A stretch of 49,630 nt of DNA from NCBI GenBank assembly GCA_039794845.1, contig JAUQVK010000014.1:1-49630 (forward strand), written 5' to 3'. Source of the DNA: Thermostichus sp. DRC_bins_24 (GTDB taxonomy: Bacteria > Cyanobacteriota > Cyanobacteriia > Thermostichales > Thermostichaceae). A model generated the notes under the pieces. It worked only from the letters and a program-made list of their open reading frames with translations, made no database searches and was not told the origin of the DNA. Position numbers and translations under genes: made by a program. Positions 38,230 to 49,262 of the stretch are shown here, in pieces (positions within the stretch are counted from its first letter, which is position 1; each line of letters starts with the position of its first letter).

Positions 38230-38721
38230 CTAAACCGTGGCCGGAATAAACTTGAGAGCGGCGGAGTTCATGCAGTAGCGCAGCCCTGTTGGCTTGGGTC
38301 CATCTCGAAACACATGTCCCAAATGGCCGCCACAGTTGGAACAATGCACTTCGGTACGGGGTACAAACAGTTTCCAATCGGTTTTGGTGCCCACGGCATT
38401 GGCGGCAATCGGTTCCCAAAAGCTTGGCCAACCGGTGCCACTGTCGTATTTGGCCGCAGACGAAAAGAGCTCCTGTCCACAGCCGGCACAGACATAGATC
38501 CCTGCGGCTTTGTTGTCGTAGTAGGCGTTGCGGAAGGGGGGTTCGGTGCCCTCTTGGCGCAAAACATAAAACTGCTCTTCGGTCAGCAGCTGCCGCCATT
38601 CAGCTTCCGTCTTGTGGAAGGGGTAGGTTTGTTGAGCCATCGCACGTTGATCTCCTACCAAGCTAAGGGGTGCTGTGGCGAGCCCGACCATTGTCAGAGT
38701 AAACAGCTTGCGTCGTCGCAT
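38230..38721 (-). CDS. msrB: Peptide-methionine (R)-S-oxide reductase with Tat-like leader
   Basis: [34 protein letters not shown] motifs; two CxxC. Confidence 0.96.
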   Translation of the reverse strand: MRRRKLFTLTMVGLATAPLSLVGDQRAMAQQTYPFHKTEAEWRQLLTEEQFYVLRQEGTEPPFRNAYYDNKAAGIYVCAGCGQELFSSAAKYDSGTGWPSFWEPIAANAVGTKTDWKLFVPRTEVHCSNCGGHLGHVFRDGPKPTGLRYCMNSAALKFIPATV

Positions 38722-38972
38722 GGGAGGTCACCTAGGCTGAACTGCAATTGGGATCCTTTGCTCGGCCTTCACCCTGTATTTGTCTGTAAGCTATCTTAAC
38801 CGTTCTTCGCAATCGCTGGGGCAAGGGGGCTTGGGGCACTTAGGCCTGTTTGCACGAAGATCTCGACATCTCCCTTTACAATGAGTTTGGGTTTGGGATC
38901 CATCGGTTAGAGCCGGTTAGAGCGGTCGGGTAGGATCCCTAATCTCTCAACACAGGTCGTGGAGGTATCCCT

Positions 38973-39416
38973 ATGTTGCTGGTGGGCTCAGGCGAAAAAT
39001 TTGTACGGCAACTGGAGCAATCCGGGGCCTTGGCCATCTTTGTCACTCCAGAAGGGGGATCCGAAGGGCATTACTTACGGCGGCTGCGGGGGGCTGGGTA
39101 TCAGGTGGTTACCCTCTCCAGCAAAGGAATTGGGGATCTGGCCAGTTATCTGACACGCACCCATGGGGTGCGCCCGGCCATTCTGGGCAAGTCGGAGCGA
39201 CGCACCTATTTCTTCCCCTCCCTGATTGAGCAATATCGGGCCACATTGCCCCCGAAAGCCAAGGGATTGGTGTTTTGGTTTTACGAAGGGCATGTGCTCA
39301 GCCAACAGGAGCGGTCTTACCTGGTGAAACTGAGCCAAGAGGACAAAGGGGTGAAGTTTGTGGTGGAGTTGGGCCGAGAACGGTCGCTCCGTTGGCAGCC
39401 TTTGCAGAGCGCCTGA
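38973..39416 (+). CDS. ndhN: NAD(P)H-quinone oxidoreductase subunit N
   Basis: PEGGSEGHYLRRLRGAGY, HGVRPAILGK and LRWQPL motifs. Confidence 0.9.
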   Translation: MLLVGSGEKFVRQLEQSGALAIFVTPEGGSEGHYLRRLRGAGYQVVTLSSKGIGDLASYLTRTHGVRPAILGKSERRTYFFPSLIEQYRATLPPKAKGLVFWFYEGHVLSQQERSYLVKLSQEDKGVKFVVELGRERSLRWQPLQSA

Positions 39417-39484
39417 AGAATTCTTTGCTACCATCTCAGGTAGATAGCCTGCGGCCCTGACCCCCATTCCACTGGTGGCTTCTC

Positions 39485-40531
39485 GTGCCCGTGACCTTGC
39501 CAAACGCCTCGCTGCAACAGGGTACCTGGTTCAAGCTGATCTGTGGCGCAAGTTTTCATCACTTGCCCTCGGTTCGGGAGCTGGCCTTCCTCTACACCCT
39601 GGCCGGAGCAGACTGCATTGATGTCGCTGCTGACCCGGCGGTTGTCCGCGCTGCTCAGCAAGGGATCCGGTGGGCACAAGCGGAGAATACCCAGGTGGGA
39701 TCCCCCTGGGTGATGGTCAGCGTTAACGATGGCGAGGATGTGCATTTTCGCAAGGCGGTGCTGACGGATCCCCTTTGCCCTGCCGATTGTCCGCAACCCT
39801 GTGTGGCGGTTTGTCCTCCCCACGCCCTGACTCCGCTGGCAACGTCCGGAACCGTTCATATTCAAGCGGAGCTGTGCTACGGCTGTGGACGTTGTGAGCC
39901 GGTTTGTCCGCACCGGCGCATTGCCACCCCCAACCATCAGGTGCCCTTACCCCAAGTGTTACCGTCCCTGATCGGGCTGGGGATCCAGGCGGTGGAAATT
40001 CATACGCGCATCGGTCGGCAGACGGAGTTCGAACACCTGTGGGGATCCCTCAAACCCTGGCTGCACCGGCTACAGGCGCTTTCGATCAGCTTTAACGATG
40101 GCCCAGAATTGGAGACCTATCTGCGGGATTTACTGGCCCTGATGGCTCCCTTGCCCGAGCTATTGATTTGGCAGGTGGATGGCCGGCCCATGAGCGGCGA
40201 TATCGGATCTGGAGCGGGAGCCGGTACCAGCAGAGCCACCCTAAAGCTAGCCCAGAAGGTGCTGAACATGGGTTTGCCCGGCTACATACAGTTGGCAGGG
40301 GGAACCAATGCCCAGACGGTGCCGCTCTTGGATCCCCGTTGGCCGGTGGCGGGGGTAGCCTTTGGCAGTTATGCGCGGCAGTTGGTGGCGGCCTGTTTGG
40401 AGGGCCAGATCTCCTCCGGCCAGAATTTGGCGGCAGGGATCCCGTTGGCCAAACAGTTGGTAGCCCAGGTGAAACAGCGACCTGTGATGATGGCCCCTGG
40501 AGTTCGACAAACCTCTTTTTCCTACGTTTGA
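39485..40531 (+). CDS. ldpA: Circadian input 4Fe-4S protein LdpA
   Basis: WFKLICGAS, HFRKA, CPADCPQPC..VCP, CYGCGRC..VCP and DGRPMSGDIG motifs. Confidence 0.92.
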   Translation: MPVTLPNASLQQGTWFKLICGASFHHLPSVRELAFLYTLAGADCIDVAADPAVVRAAQQGIRWAQAENTQVGSPWVMVSVNDGEDVHFRKAVLTDPLCPADCPQPCVAVCPPHALTPLATSGTVHIQAELCYGCGRCEPVCPHRRIATPNHQVPLPQVLPSLIGLGIQAVEIHTRIGRQTEFEHLWGSLKPWLHRLQALSISFNDGPELETYLRDLLALMAPLPELLIWQVDGRPMSGDIGSGAGAGTSRATLKLAQKVLNMGLPGYIQLAGGTNAQTVPLLDPRWPVAGVAFGSYARQLVAACLEGQISSGQNLAAGIPLAKQLVAQVKQRPVMMAPGVRQTSFSYV

Positions 40532-40545
40532 TCAACTGACTGGTT

Positions 40546-42375
40546 ATGAATTTCCCTGTAGAGTCCTCGACCCTCAACCCGCTGGTGGATCCCGACCGTA
40601 CCGATTTTCCCGGCCAAGCCCACTACACCGACGATCTAAGCAAGTTGCTGGAGATTCTGCCCGTCCCAATCCGGGAACGCTTGGAGCACCATCCGCAGTT
40701 GGATCGCCTGGTGGAGGTGGTGCTGGATTTGGGTCGCCGCCCCGAGGCCCGCTTTCCCGGATCCGCCGACTACCTTTCAGAAGCGGTGATCACCCGGGAG
40801 GACTTGGATCAGGTGATTAGCCGCGTGGGGGAGTTCAGCGGTGACAACCGCGCTGGTATCGCCACCACCCTGCATCGCATTAGCGCCATTCGCAACCGCC
40901 AGGGTACGATCATCGGCCTCACCTGTCGGGTGGGGCGCTGCATCATTGGCGTCATCAGCATGATCCGCGATTTGGTGGAACAGGGCCGCTCGATGCTGTT
41001 GTTGGGCCGACCCGGGGTGGGCAAAACCACCGCCCTGCGGGAAATTGCCCGGGTGCTGGCGGATGATCTGCACAAGCGAGTGGTGATCATCGATACCTCT
41101 AACGAGATTGCCGGCGATGGGGATGTACCCCATCCGGGCATTGGCCGGGCCCGACGCATGCAGGTGGCCACTCCCGAACTGCAGCATAAGGTGATGATCG
41201 AGGCGGTGGAAAATCACATGCCGGAAGTGGTGGTGATCGACGAAATTGGCACCGAACTGGAAGCTTTGGCTTCCCGCACCATCGCCGAACGGGGGGTGCA
41301 GCTGGTGGCCACCGCCCATGGCAACCGCATCGATAACCTGATCAAAAATCCCACCCTTTCGGATTTGGTGGGGGGTATTCAATCGGTCACCCTCGGAGAT
41401 GATGAGGCGCGGCGGCGGGGTAGCCAAAAGAGCGTCCTAGAGCGCAAAGCCCCTCCCACCTTTGAAATTGCGGTGGAGATGTTGGAGCGGGCCCGCTGGG
41501 TGGTGCACGAAGATGTGGCCGCCACCGTGGATCGTCTGCTACGCAATCGGGAGCCCCTCATCCAAACCCGCAGCCTAGATGCGCAGGGACAGGTGGTGAT
41601 CGAGCGCCCAGTCCTATCTGGTCCCCAGTGGCCCCCCGCCACCAGCTCTGCACGGGAGCGCGGAGGGTGGCGCCGCTCCGGCCGCATGGAAGCTCTGCCC
41701 CTAGAACCAGTCGAGGGACGTCTGCGGCAGCGAGGAGAATCGGGTCTGCTCTTGGATGCGGGATCCCGTCCTGCAACTCAGGCTCTAGCCGATCCCAGCT
41801 CCGAAGCGGAAGAGGAGGATTTGGAATTGGAGGGATCCCTCGTCGAGTCAGCAGAGCGGCTGCGGGATTCGGATGGGCCTTTGATGATTTACCCCTACGG
41901 AGTAAGCCGCTTTTATCTGGAGCAGGTGATCCAAACCTTGAAATTACGGGCGGATGTTACCAAAGATCTGGATGGGGCGGATATTGTTTTGGCGCTGCGA
42001 TCCCATGTGCGCAATCGCTCCAAGATTCAGCAACTGGCCCACTCCCGCCAGATCCCCATTCATACCGTCAAAGCCAACACCCTGATCGCCCTCACCCGTG
42101 CCCTACGTCATATCCTCAACATCGAAGCCGAAGACGGATCTGACTCGGAGTTGGAGCTGTTTATCCAGGCCAGTGCTGGCGACGAAACCGAAGCCTTAGA
42201 AGAAGCCCGCCTGGCGGTGGAGCAGATCGTCATTCCCAAATCGCAGCCGGTGGAACTGTTGCCCCGTTCGGCCCTGATCCGCAAGTTGCAACATCAACTG
42301 GTGGAGCACTATCATCTGCGGGCCCAGAGCTTTGGGGAAGAGCCCAACCGTCGCTTGCGCATTTATCCCAATTGA
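40546..42375 (+). CDS. Ycf45-like AAA ATPase (SpoIIIAA-like) with C-terminal R3H domain
   Basis: [31 protein letters not shown] and R3H motif RKLQH. Confidence 0.9.
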   Translation: MNFPVESSTLNPLVDPDRTDFPGQAHYTDDLSKLLEILPVPIRERLEHHPQLDRLVEVVLDLGRRPEARFPGSADYLSEAVITREDLDQVISRVGEFSGDNRAGIATTLHRISAIRNRQGTIIGLTCRVGRCIIGVISMIRDLVEQGRSMLLLGRPGVGKTTALREIARVLADDLHKRVVIIDTSNEIAGDGDVPHPGIGRARRMQVATPELQHKVMIEAVENHMPEVVVIDEIGTELEALASRTIAERGVQLVATAHGNRIDNLIKNPTLSDLVGGIQSVTLGDDEARRRGSQKSVLERKAPPTFEIAVEMLERARWVVHEDVAATVDRLLRNREPLIQTRSLDAQGQVVIERPVLSGPQWPPATSSARERGGWRRSGRMEALPLEPVEGRLRQRGESGLLLDAGSRPATQALADPSSEAEEEDLELEGSLVESAERLRDSDGPLMIYPYGVSRFYLEQVIQTLKLRADVTKDLDGADIVLALRSHVRNRSKIQQLAHSRQIPIHTVKANTLIALTRALRHILNIEAEDGSDSELELFIQASAGDETEALEEARLAVEQIVIPKSQPVELLPRSALIRKLQHQLVEHYHLRAQSFGEEPNRRLRIYPN

Positions 42376-42381
42376 CAACCC

Positions 42382-42975
42382 GTGACAACCGCAGCGGAGA
42401 TACCCATGACTGCTTCAGGAGTACGCTGGACAACCCGAGATATCGAGGCGCTTCCCGAGAACGAAGGGATCCGCTATGAGATCATCGACGGAGAACTCTT
42501 GGTGACCCGCTCTCCTCATCACAAACATCAGCATTTGGCCGGGCGAATTTTCTCTCTTCTCGACCAATGGTCACTGAGTACGGGGCTAGGAGAACCCTCA
42601 ATCATGCCAGGGTTGATCTTCTCAGACTCGGATAATGTCTGTCCAGATGTGGTTTGGGTGAGCCATCAGCGGTTGTTACAAATTCAAGATGAAGCGGGCC
42701 ATTTCTGTGGGGCACCGGAATGGGTGGTTGAGGTGCTTTCTCCTGGAAAAGCCAATGAAGATCGAGACCGTTTGGCAAAACTGAAGCTCTATTCCGTGCA
42801 GGGGGTGCAGGAGTACTGGATTGTGGATTGGTTGGCTCAAAGAATCGAAATTTACCGCCGCCAGAGTGCCCAGTTGGTGTTGGTGGAAACTCGACTGGCC
42901 CAAGACAGATTGTCTTCCCCGCTTCTGCCTGGGTTTGACTGTGCCGTATCGGATCTTTTCGTCTCACGGGTCTGA
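42382..42975 (+). CDS. Uma2 (DUF820) family endonuclease-fold protein
   Basis: RYEIIDGEL, PDVVWVS, APEWVVEVLSP and KLYS..GVQEYWIVD; alternative start at 42406. Confidence 0.9.
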   Translation: MTTAAEIPMTASGVRWTTRDIEALPENEGIRYEIIDGELLVTRSPHHKHQHLAGRIFSLLDQWSLSTGLGEPSIMPGLIFSDSDNVCPDVVWVSHQRLLQIQDEAGHFCGAPEWVVEVLSPGKANEDRDRLAKLKLYSVQGVQEYWIVDWLAQRIEIYRRQSAQLVLVETRLAQDRLSSPLLPGFDCAVSDLFVSRV

Positions 42976-43202
42976 TTGGCTGGGATCCCCATATCCAGAG
43001 TTCCAGAGTTGCGCATCCGCTATCCACTTCTTAAATCCGGGATCCCGTTCGGCACGTATCTGTAAAGAGTGCGGTTAAGCCCTGGCAGCGACCGTTTCAA
43101 TGCAACAAAATGTTAAGGGCCACCTCTGGACTGTTGCCGGGATCCCGTTTGGGACACCCAGTCCGCGGTTGGCCTATTGCACACATCCAAGGACACATCG
43201 CT

Positions 43203-43637
43203 ATGCTGAACAATCGTCGCGGTTTCTTACGTTGGCTGGCCCTCGGGTTTGGCTCGCTGGCGGGGTTGTGGCCTGCCCTCACCCAACGCCGTTCTGCCCG
43301 TGTCATTGCCCAAACGCCTGAGCCGGAATTTGTGAAAGTGGCAACCGTGGAAGACTTGGCGGATGGCCCCTTCAAAGTGGAAAACGCCTTTGGTGACAAT
43401 AGCCCCACCCTTTGGCTAAGCGGGGATCCGGAGGATCCGGACTCCTTGCTGGCGTTGGATGCAACTTGCCCCCATGCGGGCTGTGATGTGAACTGGCGCG
43501 GCGAGAACTATGTCTGTCCCTGTCATGGTTCGGCCTTCGCGGCAGATGGAGAACGCACCCGTGGCCCTGCCAATGCCAACCTGACCCGCTATGACGTGAA
43601 AGTGGAAGATGGCGAAATTTTGGTCGCCAAAGCCTGA
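43203..43637 (+). CDS. Small Rieske 2Fe-2S protein (PetC3-like), Tat substrate
   Basis: NRRGFL Tat motif; CPHAGC and CPCHGS boxes. Confidence 0.88.
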   Translation: MLNNRRGFLRWLALGFGSLAGLWPALTQRRSARVIAQTPEPEFVKVATVEDLADGPFKVENAFGDNSPTLWLSGDPEDPDSLLALDATCPHAGCDVNWRGENYVCPCHGSAFAADGERTRGPANANLTRYDVKVEDGEILVAKA

Positions 43638-43685
43638 CCTGGAGAAAATCCGGAGACAATGGGTTGAGCCAGGGAGGATCCCTTT

Positions 43686-44795
43686 GTGACTCAGCCGCGT
43701 CGGTACCTGTTCCTCTCCACTCCTGTGGGGCCCCTGGGTTCAGGGGCGGGGGGTGGGGTGGAACTCAATCTGGCCAACCTGACGCGCACCCTGATCGAGC
43801 AGGGATCCCAAGTGCGGGTGTTGGCCCCAGAGGGCTCCCGCATTGCCGGCTTGCCCGAGTCCGTTATCGAGCCCGTGGCGGGTTTACCGCCTGCCTACGC
43901 CCAAACCCAAAGTCGGGATCAACCGGTACAGATCCAAACCCCTTCTTTGCTGGCGCACCTGTGGCAACGGGCCGCCCAACTTCAGGATCACTTTGATCGG
44001 ATTGTTAACTGGAGCTACGACTGGCTTTCTTTTTATCTGACGGATTTTTTCCATACCCCGGTAGCCCACATCATCAGCATGGGATCCCTCACCGATGCGG
44101 TGGATCAGGCTTTAGAACACCTTGCCCAAACCCACCCCGGTTGCCTGGCGGTACATTCCCGTGCCCAAGCCCAAACCTTTGCCTTTGCCCGAACCTGGAT
44201 GGCTTTAGGTCGGGATCCCTTTTTCTATCTGCCCTGCGGGGTGGATCTGCGAAACTACGATTTTGTGCCCCAGGGGAACGGATCCCTGTGTTGGATAGGC
44301 CGCATTGCCCCCGAAAAAGGCTTGGAAGATTGTGCCGCCCTCTCGGAAAAGACCGGGATCCCGGTGGTGATCTTGGGCCACTTGCAGGATCCCGGCTATT
44401 GGCGGCAGATTCAAGCGCAGTACCCCCAAGCCCAGCTGGATTACCGAGGCTTTTTGCCCACCCAACAGATGCAGCGCCTCTTGGGTCAATGTTCGGCTTT
44501 GATCATGACCCCCAAGTGGATCGAAGCCTTTGGCATGGTGGCGGTGGAGGCCCTGGCCTGTGGCGTACCCGTGATCACCTACCGGCGGGGTGGGCCGGCG
44601 GAAATTGTCCGGGATGGGGAAACGGGCTGGGTGGTGAAGGCGGATGATGTCTTGGCCTTGGCGGATGCTGTGCGGCGGTTGGATTGCATCGATAGAAGGG
44701 TCTGTCGTCAACAGGTTGAGCAGAACTTTTCTTTGCAGGCGATGGCGGAACGGTTTCTGGAGTGGGATAGGCAAATTGGCAGGGATCCCGCTTAG
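43686..44795 (+). CDS. Glycosyltransferase family 4
   Basis: GRIAPEKG and EAFGMVAVEALACGVPV motifs. Confidence 0.92.
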   Translation: MTQPRRYLFLSTPVGPLGSGAGGGVELNLANLTRTLIEQGSQVRVLAPEGSRIAGLPESVIEPVAGLPPAYAQTQSRDQPVQIQTPSLLAHLWQRAAQLQDHFDRIVNWSYDWLSFYLTDFFHTPVAHIISMGSLTDAVDQALEHLAQTHPGCLAVHSRAQAQTFAFARTWMALGRDPFFYLPCGVDLRNYDFVPQGNGSLCWIGRIAPEKGLEDCAALSEKTGIPVVILGHLQDPGYWRQIQAQYPQAQLDYRGFLPTQQMQRLLGQCSALIMTPKWIEAFGMVAVEALACGVPVITYRRGGPAEIVRDGETGWVVKADDVLALADAVRRLDCIDRRVCRQQVEQNFSLQAMAERFLEWDRQIGRDPA

Positions 44796-44908
44796 GCCCG
44801 CCACAAGGGAGGAGACAGGCAGTGGTACTATTGTTTTGATTTTGGCGCTCTGCGCCCGATACTTAGCCGACTTACGCGAACGTTTTGACTCACGACGGGG
44901 AAGACACC

Positions 44909-45784
44909 ATGACGACTGGGAAAGAATCTGTTGCGCTGGTGCGATCAGAGGTTCGTCGGCGGTCACAGGTTCTCGGAACACAGGTGATCAGCCAGGGGAA
45001 TGCGGCCCGGCTCGGGGTGGTCAGCGACGTTTGGGCGGATCTAGAAGCCAAGCAGGTCTTGGTGCTGGGGGTGTTGGAAAAGGCCTTTGCCGGATCCCCG
45101 CGCTTGCTGGAGCTGCGCCAGGTGACGGCCTTGGGACAAGATGCGCTCCTGGTGCCCAGCGATGAGGTGTTCGACAATTTGGACCTGGAAGGTCTTAGCC
45201 GTGTTGTCGGCTGCGAAGTGGTGACCGAAGAAGGGATCCGCCTCGGCAAAGTCAAGGATTTTGAATTTAACTCGGTTTCCGGCTTGATCACGGGTTTGGT
45301 GCTCTCCAACCTTGGCCTTACCTTTTTGCCCGGATTCATCCTTAGCACCTATCGGCTCTCAACCGATGAAATTGTCTCCGTGGGAGGGGATCGCCTGATC
45401 GTTGCCGACGGCGCCGAAACCCGCCTTACCCAACTGGCCAAGGGACTTTTGGAAGCACTCGGGGTAGGTAAGCCCCCCTGGGAGGTTGGATCTGGCCCCA
45501 CCCCCGCTCTGCCCAGCGCCGTCGATACCCCTGCTGTTGAGGAAGACTACGAGGAAGAATACGACGAGGAATACGAGGCCGAAGAGGAAGACATCTACGC
45601 CGAAGATGAGCCTGAACCCGAACCCGTGCGCCCCCGTCGACCCGAACCTGCCCCTGAACCACCGGAATGGGAGCAAGAATACGCCGAAGAAAAGGCTCCT
45701 TCTCCTCCCCCTCCTCCCTCAGAGCCTCCCTCCGAAAATCCTGCTGATGCCTGGGAGGATAAGCCTGAGGAGCCCCAGACTTAA
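44909..45784 (+). CDS. PRC-barrel domain protein with acidic/Pro-rich tail
   Basis: Two PRC barrels (LGTQVI..LGVV; GCEVVTEEG..LGKV.DFEF). Confidence 0.85.
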   Translation: MTTGKESVALVRSEVRRRSQVLGTQVISQGNAARLGVVSDVWADLEAKQVLVLGVLEKAFAGSPRLLELRQVTALGQDALLVPSDEVFDNLDLEGLSRVVGCEVVTEEGIRLGKVKDFEFNSVSGLITGLVLSNLGLTFLPGFILSTYRLSTDEIVSVGGDRLIVADGAETRLTQLAKGLLEALGVGKPPWEVGSGPTPALPSAVDTPAVEEDYEEEYDEEYEAEEEDIYAEDEPEPEPVRPRRPEPAPEPPEWEQEYAEEKAPSPPPPPSEPPSENPADAWEDKPEEPQT

Positions 45785-45823
45785 CCCAGACTTAACTTAG
45801 TCCCTGTTCCCTGCCCCGTTAAT

Positions 45824-48535
45824 TTATTTTGTCGGATCCTCGGGTAACCCAAAGCGAGGGAGTTGGCTTAGGGCCGGTTGGATCTCTGCCGGAAGCCGCT
45901 CGTGGGTAAGGGGATAGTGATGGGTGAGCCGAGAAAGTAGCCGTTCCCATTGGTGAGCATTGAGGGTTTTAACCAGGGAAATATAGGGTTCTACACTCAG
46001 TTCATGTCCCTGCTCCATCAACTTAAGGGCAACATTGGCTGCAGCCATTTCCAAAACAGATTCAGCCACTTCAGAATCCAACTCGGCAGAGATAATTAAG
46101 GCAAAATCTTGAGGATTATCACTGAGCAGAATGTGCTCTAGCAAAGGTTCTAGTTCAGCGATTATGGTTTCAGGTTCTGGATCCCAATCCGGGAAAAGCA
46201 CCAAGTTAATCTGGCTTAGACGGATCCCTGGGGTAGAGGGGTCTGAATCTTCTGCAGATAGTATTGGCAGGTTTTCTCGTAAACCAACCCAAACCCCTGT
46301 GTAATCAATGGTGTGAATCTGAAAGAATGTTTTGATCTCTTGTTCGAAATCATGGACTGCCTGCCTACAGCCTTCCCAATGGCCATAGTCATCGATCTGA
46401 ATAAAGCCCTGTGAACTAACTTGACCATAGAGATTGCGGAAAATATCCATCGTAGAGCTATACCAGTCTCCATCCGCATGGAGCAGGGCAATTTCTCCGA
46501 TCTCCTCCCGATAAACAGGCAAGGTATCCTCAAACAAACCGGCTACGGGAGTAACAAGCTCCCAAACCCCCAAATCCTTGCAAACTTGTTCCAAGTTCTC
46601 AGCAATCGGGGCCTGCAGAGTACCTACCCCAAACCCAGTATCATTCGCCGGGATCCCTTGGTGGCGATCTATATCCGACGGATCTGGCATACCTGAGAAA
46701 GTATCAAAAGAATAAACCCTACGTGGGCGGCGACTGAAGTTTTTAACCACCCAAGCCAACAAGGCTGAACTCCCACCCTTGTAAACTCCACATTCCACAA
46801 AATTACCGGGAATATCTTCTTGGCAAATCTTTTTGGCCAGTGAGTAAAGAGTTGACAAGCGTTCCAAACTCAATAGGGTGAAGGGACGAATAACCGCTAG
46901 AAGAGACTGCAACTCAAGACCGCTAACTCGGTACCCCTCCAGGTGTTTGGGCAAAGTCCATTGCACAGATGGATCGGGACTATGCTCAACGGGCTGAACA
47001 CTACCTCGCCAAGCCACGCCCATTATTTGCATAGTTTGGTAAATCATGGTGTTCCAGCCTCGATCTCTAAAATAATGTAAGCCCTCAGCTACATCTGGGG
47101 AGGTAAGGTCATGAAAAAGAATTAGGGCATCCTCAGCGGCATATTTCTCTGCAACTTGTGCATCTTGTAATGGGCCAGGATGATCATGATCCCCATCAAT
47201 AAAAATCAGTGGCCAGCGGCGATTTTGGGCTTGGGCAATTTCTTCTACCTTTTCTGGGCTAGTACCAGGGTATAGAGTGACATTGGAACGGATCCCGGCC
47301 AGAGTGAGGGATTGATCGACGCTCTCATAGGCAATAGATTGACTAAGAATGGGATCCACAACATCTAGAATTACCCCTGCTGAGGCCAGATGAGCTGCAG
47401 ACCAACCCATCCAACAGCCAATTTCTAAGGCGGGTTGGCCCTTGAATTGAAGGGCGTTATTGTAGAGAATGTGAGCTTCATCCCGACTGACAAAGCCAAT
47501 GGTAGGATTGCGTTGATCGACATACCAAAGATGGGGGATTTCCCTTCGTAAGTAAGGCCACGGACAAGCATCCACATTTCCTATCTGCATATTTGGGAAA
47601 GCAGAGTCAAGATGAATTTCTTGAAAGCCTAGTGATATATAGTCGTATTTAACTGGATTTCGACTCAACCTACTCTGGGAATAGCGAAGACTAATTTCGA
47701 TTTCCTTCTCTTCTGTAGTACGGATGATATATTTTCCTGCTTTTTTGCTCGTGCTAGTTAGGTGTAAGATGCCAATGGGTTTGTGAGGCAAATAAGGCTC
47801 TACCAGAAGGTTTCGCTTGGGATCCCATTTCGGAAAGCCATAATGACAAGTCCAATTGCAGTAGGCGGGAAGAAGCTCTGTTTCCTCAAACAGGCCATCT
47901 AAGAAAACAGAAACATTAAGAGCAAGTTGATCGGTGAGGATAGAAGGTGGACGAATCAAGGCTTGCCGAAGCCGACGATCCCAGAAATGCCAGTGTTTAG
48001 AGTTTCTGTGCAAAGAGAATACACCCGCATTCAAGAGTGGATAAGTATGCAACTCTTGAATGTCATCATCAGGGAAGTAAAACGCATACGCATCCTGAAG
48101 CTGGTGAAGATGCTCTTTGGGGCCGTATAGGAGTTTGTTGCCTCTATCTATTTCAGGCACGATGGTGAGCTTTTCTTTGGTTGCACCTCGCACCAGCAAG
48201 TCAACCGCAAGCCAATCTTGAACCCATGCGTCCGCATCCAACCAAATGTAAATCTCATAACCAGGAAAATAGTTGGGCAAGAAAGGGCGAGCAAGCAATC
48301 CTTTTAAAAATAAAGGAGCTTTATCAATTCCAGGAAAATCATAGTCCCATCTCGGCTCAACAATATGATTGACTTGAGTGGATAGCCACCGTAACTCTTC
48401 TGGTGTGCAGCCTAAATCGAAGAAGCCAATATCTACGGAGCGTCCTTGAGGTTTATCTCGAACAGAAAGAATAGTCCCTTGAACCAGATCGAAAAACTTA
48501 CTGTCGGCAGCCGTAACAATGATAGATGAGTTCAT
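45824..48535 (-). CDS. Multidomain glycosyltransferase (GT8-like) + class I methyltransferase + TylF/MycF O-methyltransferase
   Basis: WLDADAW/NAGVF/DQLALN; LEIGCWMGWS/FIDGDH/FHD; VECGVYKGGS/FDTFSGMP/LHADGDWY/IDDYG. Confidence 0.85.
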   Translation of the reverse strand: MNSSIIVTAADSKFFDLVQGTILSVRDKPQGRSVDIGFFDLGCTPEELRWLSTQVNHIVEPRWDYDFPGIDKAPLFLKGLLARPFLPNYFPGYEIYIWLDADAWVQDWLAVDLLVRGATKEKLTIVPEIDRGNKLLYGPKEHLHQLQDAYAFYFPDDDIQELHTYPLLNAGVFSLHRNSKHWHFWDRRLRQALIRPPSILTDQLALNVSVFLDGLFEETELLPAYCNWTCHYGFPKWDPKRNLLVEPYLPHKPIGILHLTSTSKKAGKYIIRTTEEKEIEISLRYSQSRLSRNPVKYDYISLGFQEIHLDSAFPNMQIGNVDACPWPYLRREIPHLWYVDQRNPTIGFVSRDEAHILYNNALQFKGQPALEIGCWMGWSAAHLASAGVILDVVDPILSQSIAYESVDQSLTLAGIRSNVTLYPGTSPEKVEEIAQAQNRRWPLIFIDGDHDHPGPLQDAQVAEKYAAEDALILFHDLTSPDVAEGLHYFRDRGWNTMIYQTMQIMGVAWRGSVQPVEHSPDPSVQWTLPKHLEGYRVSGLELQSLLAVIRPFTLLSLERLSTLYSLAKKICQEDIPGNFVECGVYKGGSSALLAWVVKNFSRRPRRVYSFDTFSGMPDPSDIDRHQGIPANDTGFGVGTLQAPIAENLEQVCKDLGVWELVTPVAGLFEDTLPVYREEIGEIALLHADGDWYSSTMDIFRNLYGQVSSQGFIQIDDYGHWEGCRQAVHDFEQEIKTFFQIHTIDYTGVWVGLRENLPILSAEDSDPSTPGIRLSQINLVLFPDWDPEPETIIAELEPLLEHILLSDNPQDFALIISAELDSEVAESVLEMAAANVALKLMEQGHELSVEPYISLVKTLNAHQWERLLSRLTHHYPLTHERLPAEIQPALSQLPRFGLPEDPTK

Positions 48536-48625
48536 AAAAGTAGGTTTCCACATTCGTGATGGCAAAGTAGCAGATTTTCCATAGACTTGTCTGTGGCTGC
48601 TTTATCTCAAAACTTTGGGTAAGAT

Positions 48626-48907
48626 TTACTCCGTTCCTTCAGGCGGGAATTGGCGACGGATCAAAACGCGAATTTCATCCAGCAACACATTAAAGCGCAC
48701 ATCCCTTTCTGTTTGTCGTTGGCACAATTCCGCAATTTCAGCTGCCCTTTGCTCCATTTGCTCCTGGCTTTGCTGGCGGTCGGCTTTCAGCTGGGCAATT
48801 TCTGCCCGAATTTCTAATTTGTTTGACTTGGCTTCAGCCATTTGATGGTACTCTGCCCTGGTCCAGAGGTGGAGCTGAGGATCTGATTTTGAACTGATGG
48901 CTTGCAT
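48626..48907 (-). CDS. Chimeric small ORF: Uma2-like N-terminus fused to a coiled-coil (possible pseudogene)
   Basis: LHLWTRAEYHQMAEA followed by a heptad-rich segment. Confidence 0.5.
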   Translation of the reverse strand: MQAISSKSDPQLHLWTRAEYHQMAEAKSNKLEIRAEIAQLKADRQQSQEQMEQRAAEIAELCQRQTERDVRFNVLLDEIRVLIRRQFPPEGTE

Positions 48908-48986
48908 GGCTCAATTGTGTCCTAATCTTGGGGAGGTGGGTTAGCCTAGAGTCATCATAATTTATATTATAATAGAGGAGATCCGC

Positions 48987-49223
48987 ATGACCGATGCAGA
49001 GTTGAATGATAAGTTTTCCCGGCTAGTGGATGCACAGCTCCGGTTTCAGTCTCAGCTTGGGGATTTGGCTCGCCTGTTTCGGGATAAAGCTGAGCACCAG
49101 GATCGGCGGCTAGATCACCTGGATGAGCGGGTGGATCGTTTGGCAGAGTCGGTTGAGCGGCTGGAAATGTTGCTTGAGAATTGGGTTCGGAGGCAGTATC
49201 CTCTAAATCATGGGCCAACTTAA
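48987..49223 (+). CDS. Small coiled-coil hypothetical protein
   Basis: GAGGAG RBS upstream; LDHLDERVDRLAESVERLE heptads. Confidence 0.7.
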   Translation: MTDAELNDKFSRLVDAQLRFQSQLGDLARLFRDKAEHQDRRLDHLDERVDRLAESVERLEMLLENWVRRQYPLNHGPT

Positions 49224-49262
49224 TACCGTCTAGATCATCATCTAGATCATCATATTTTAGCT

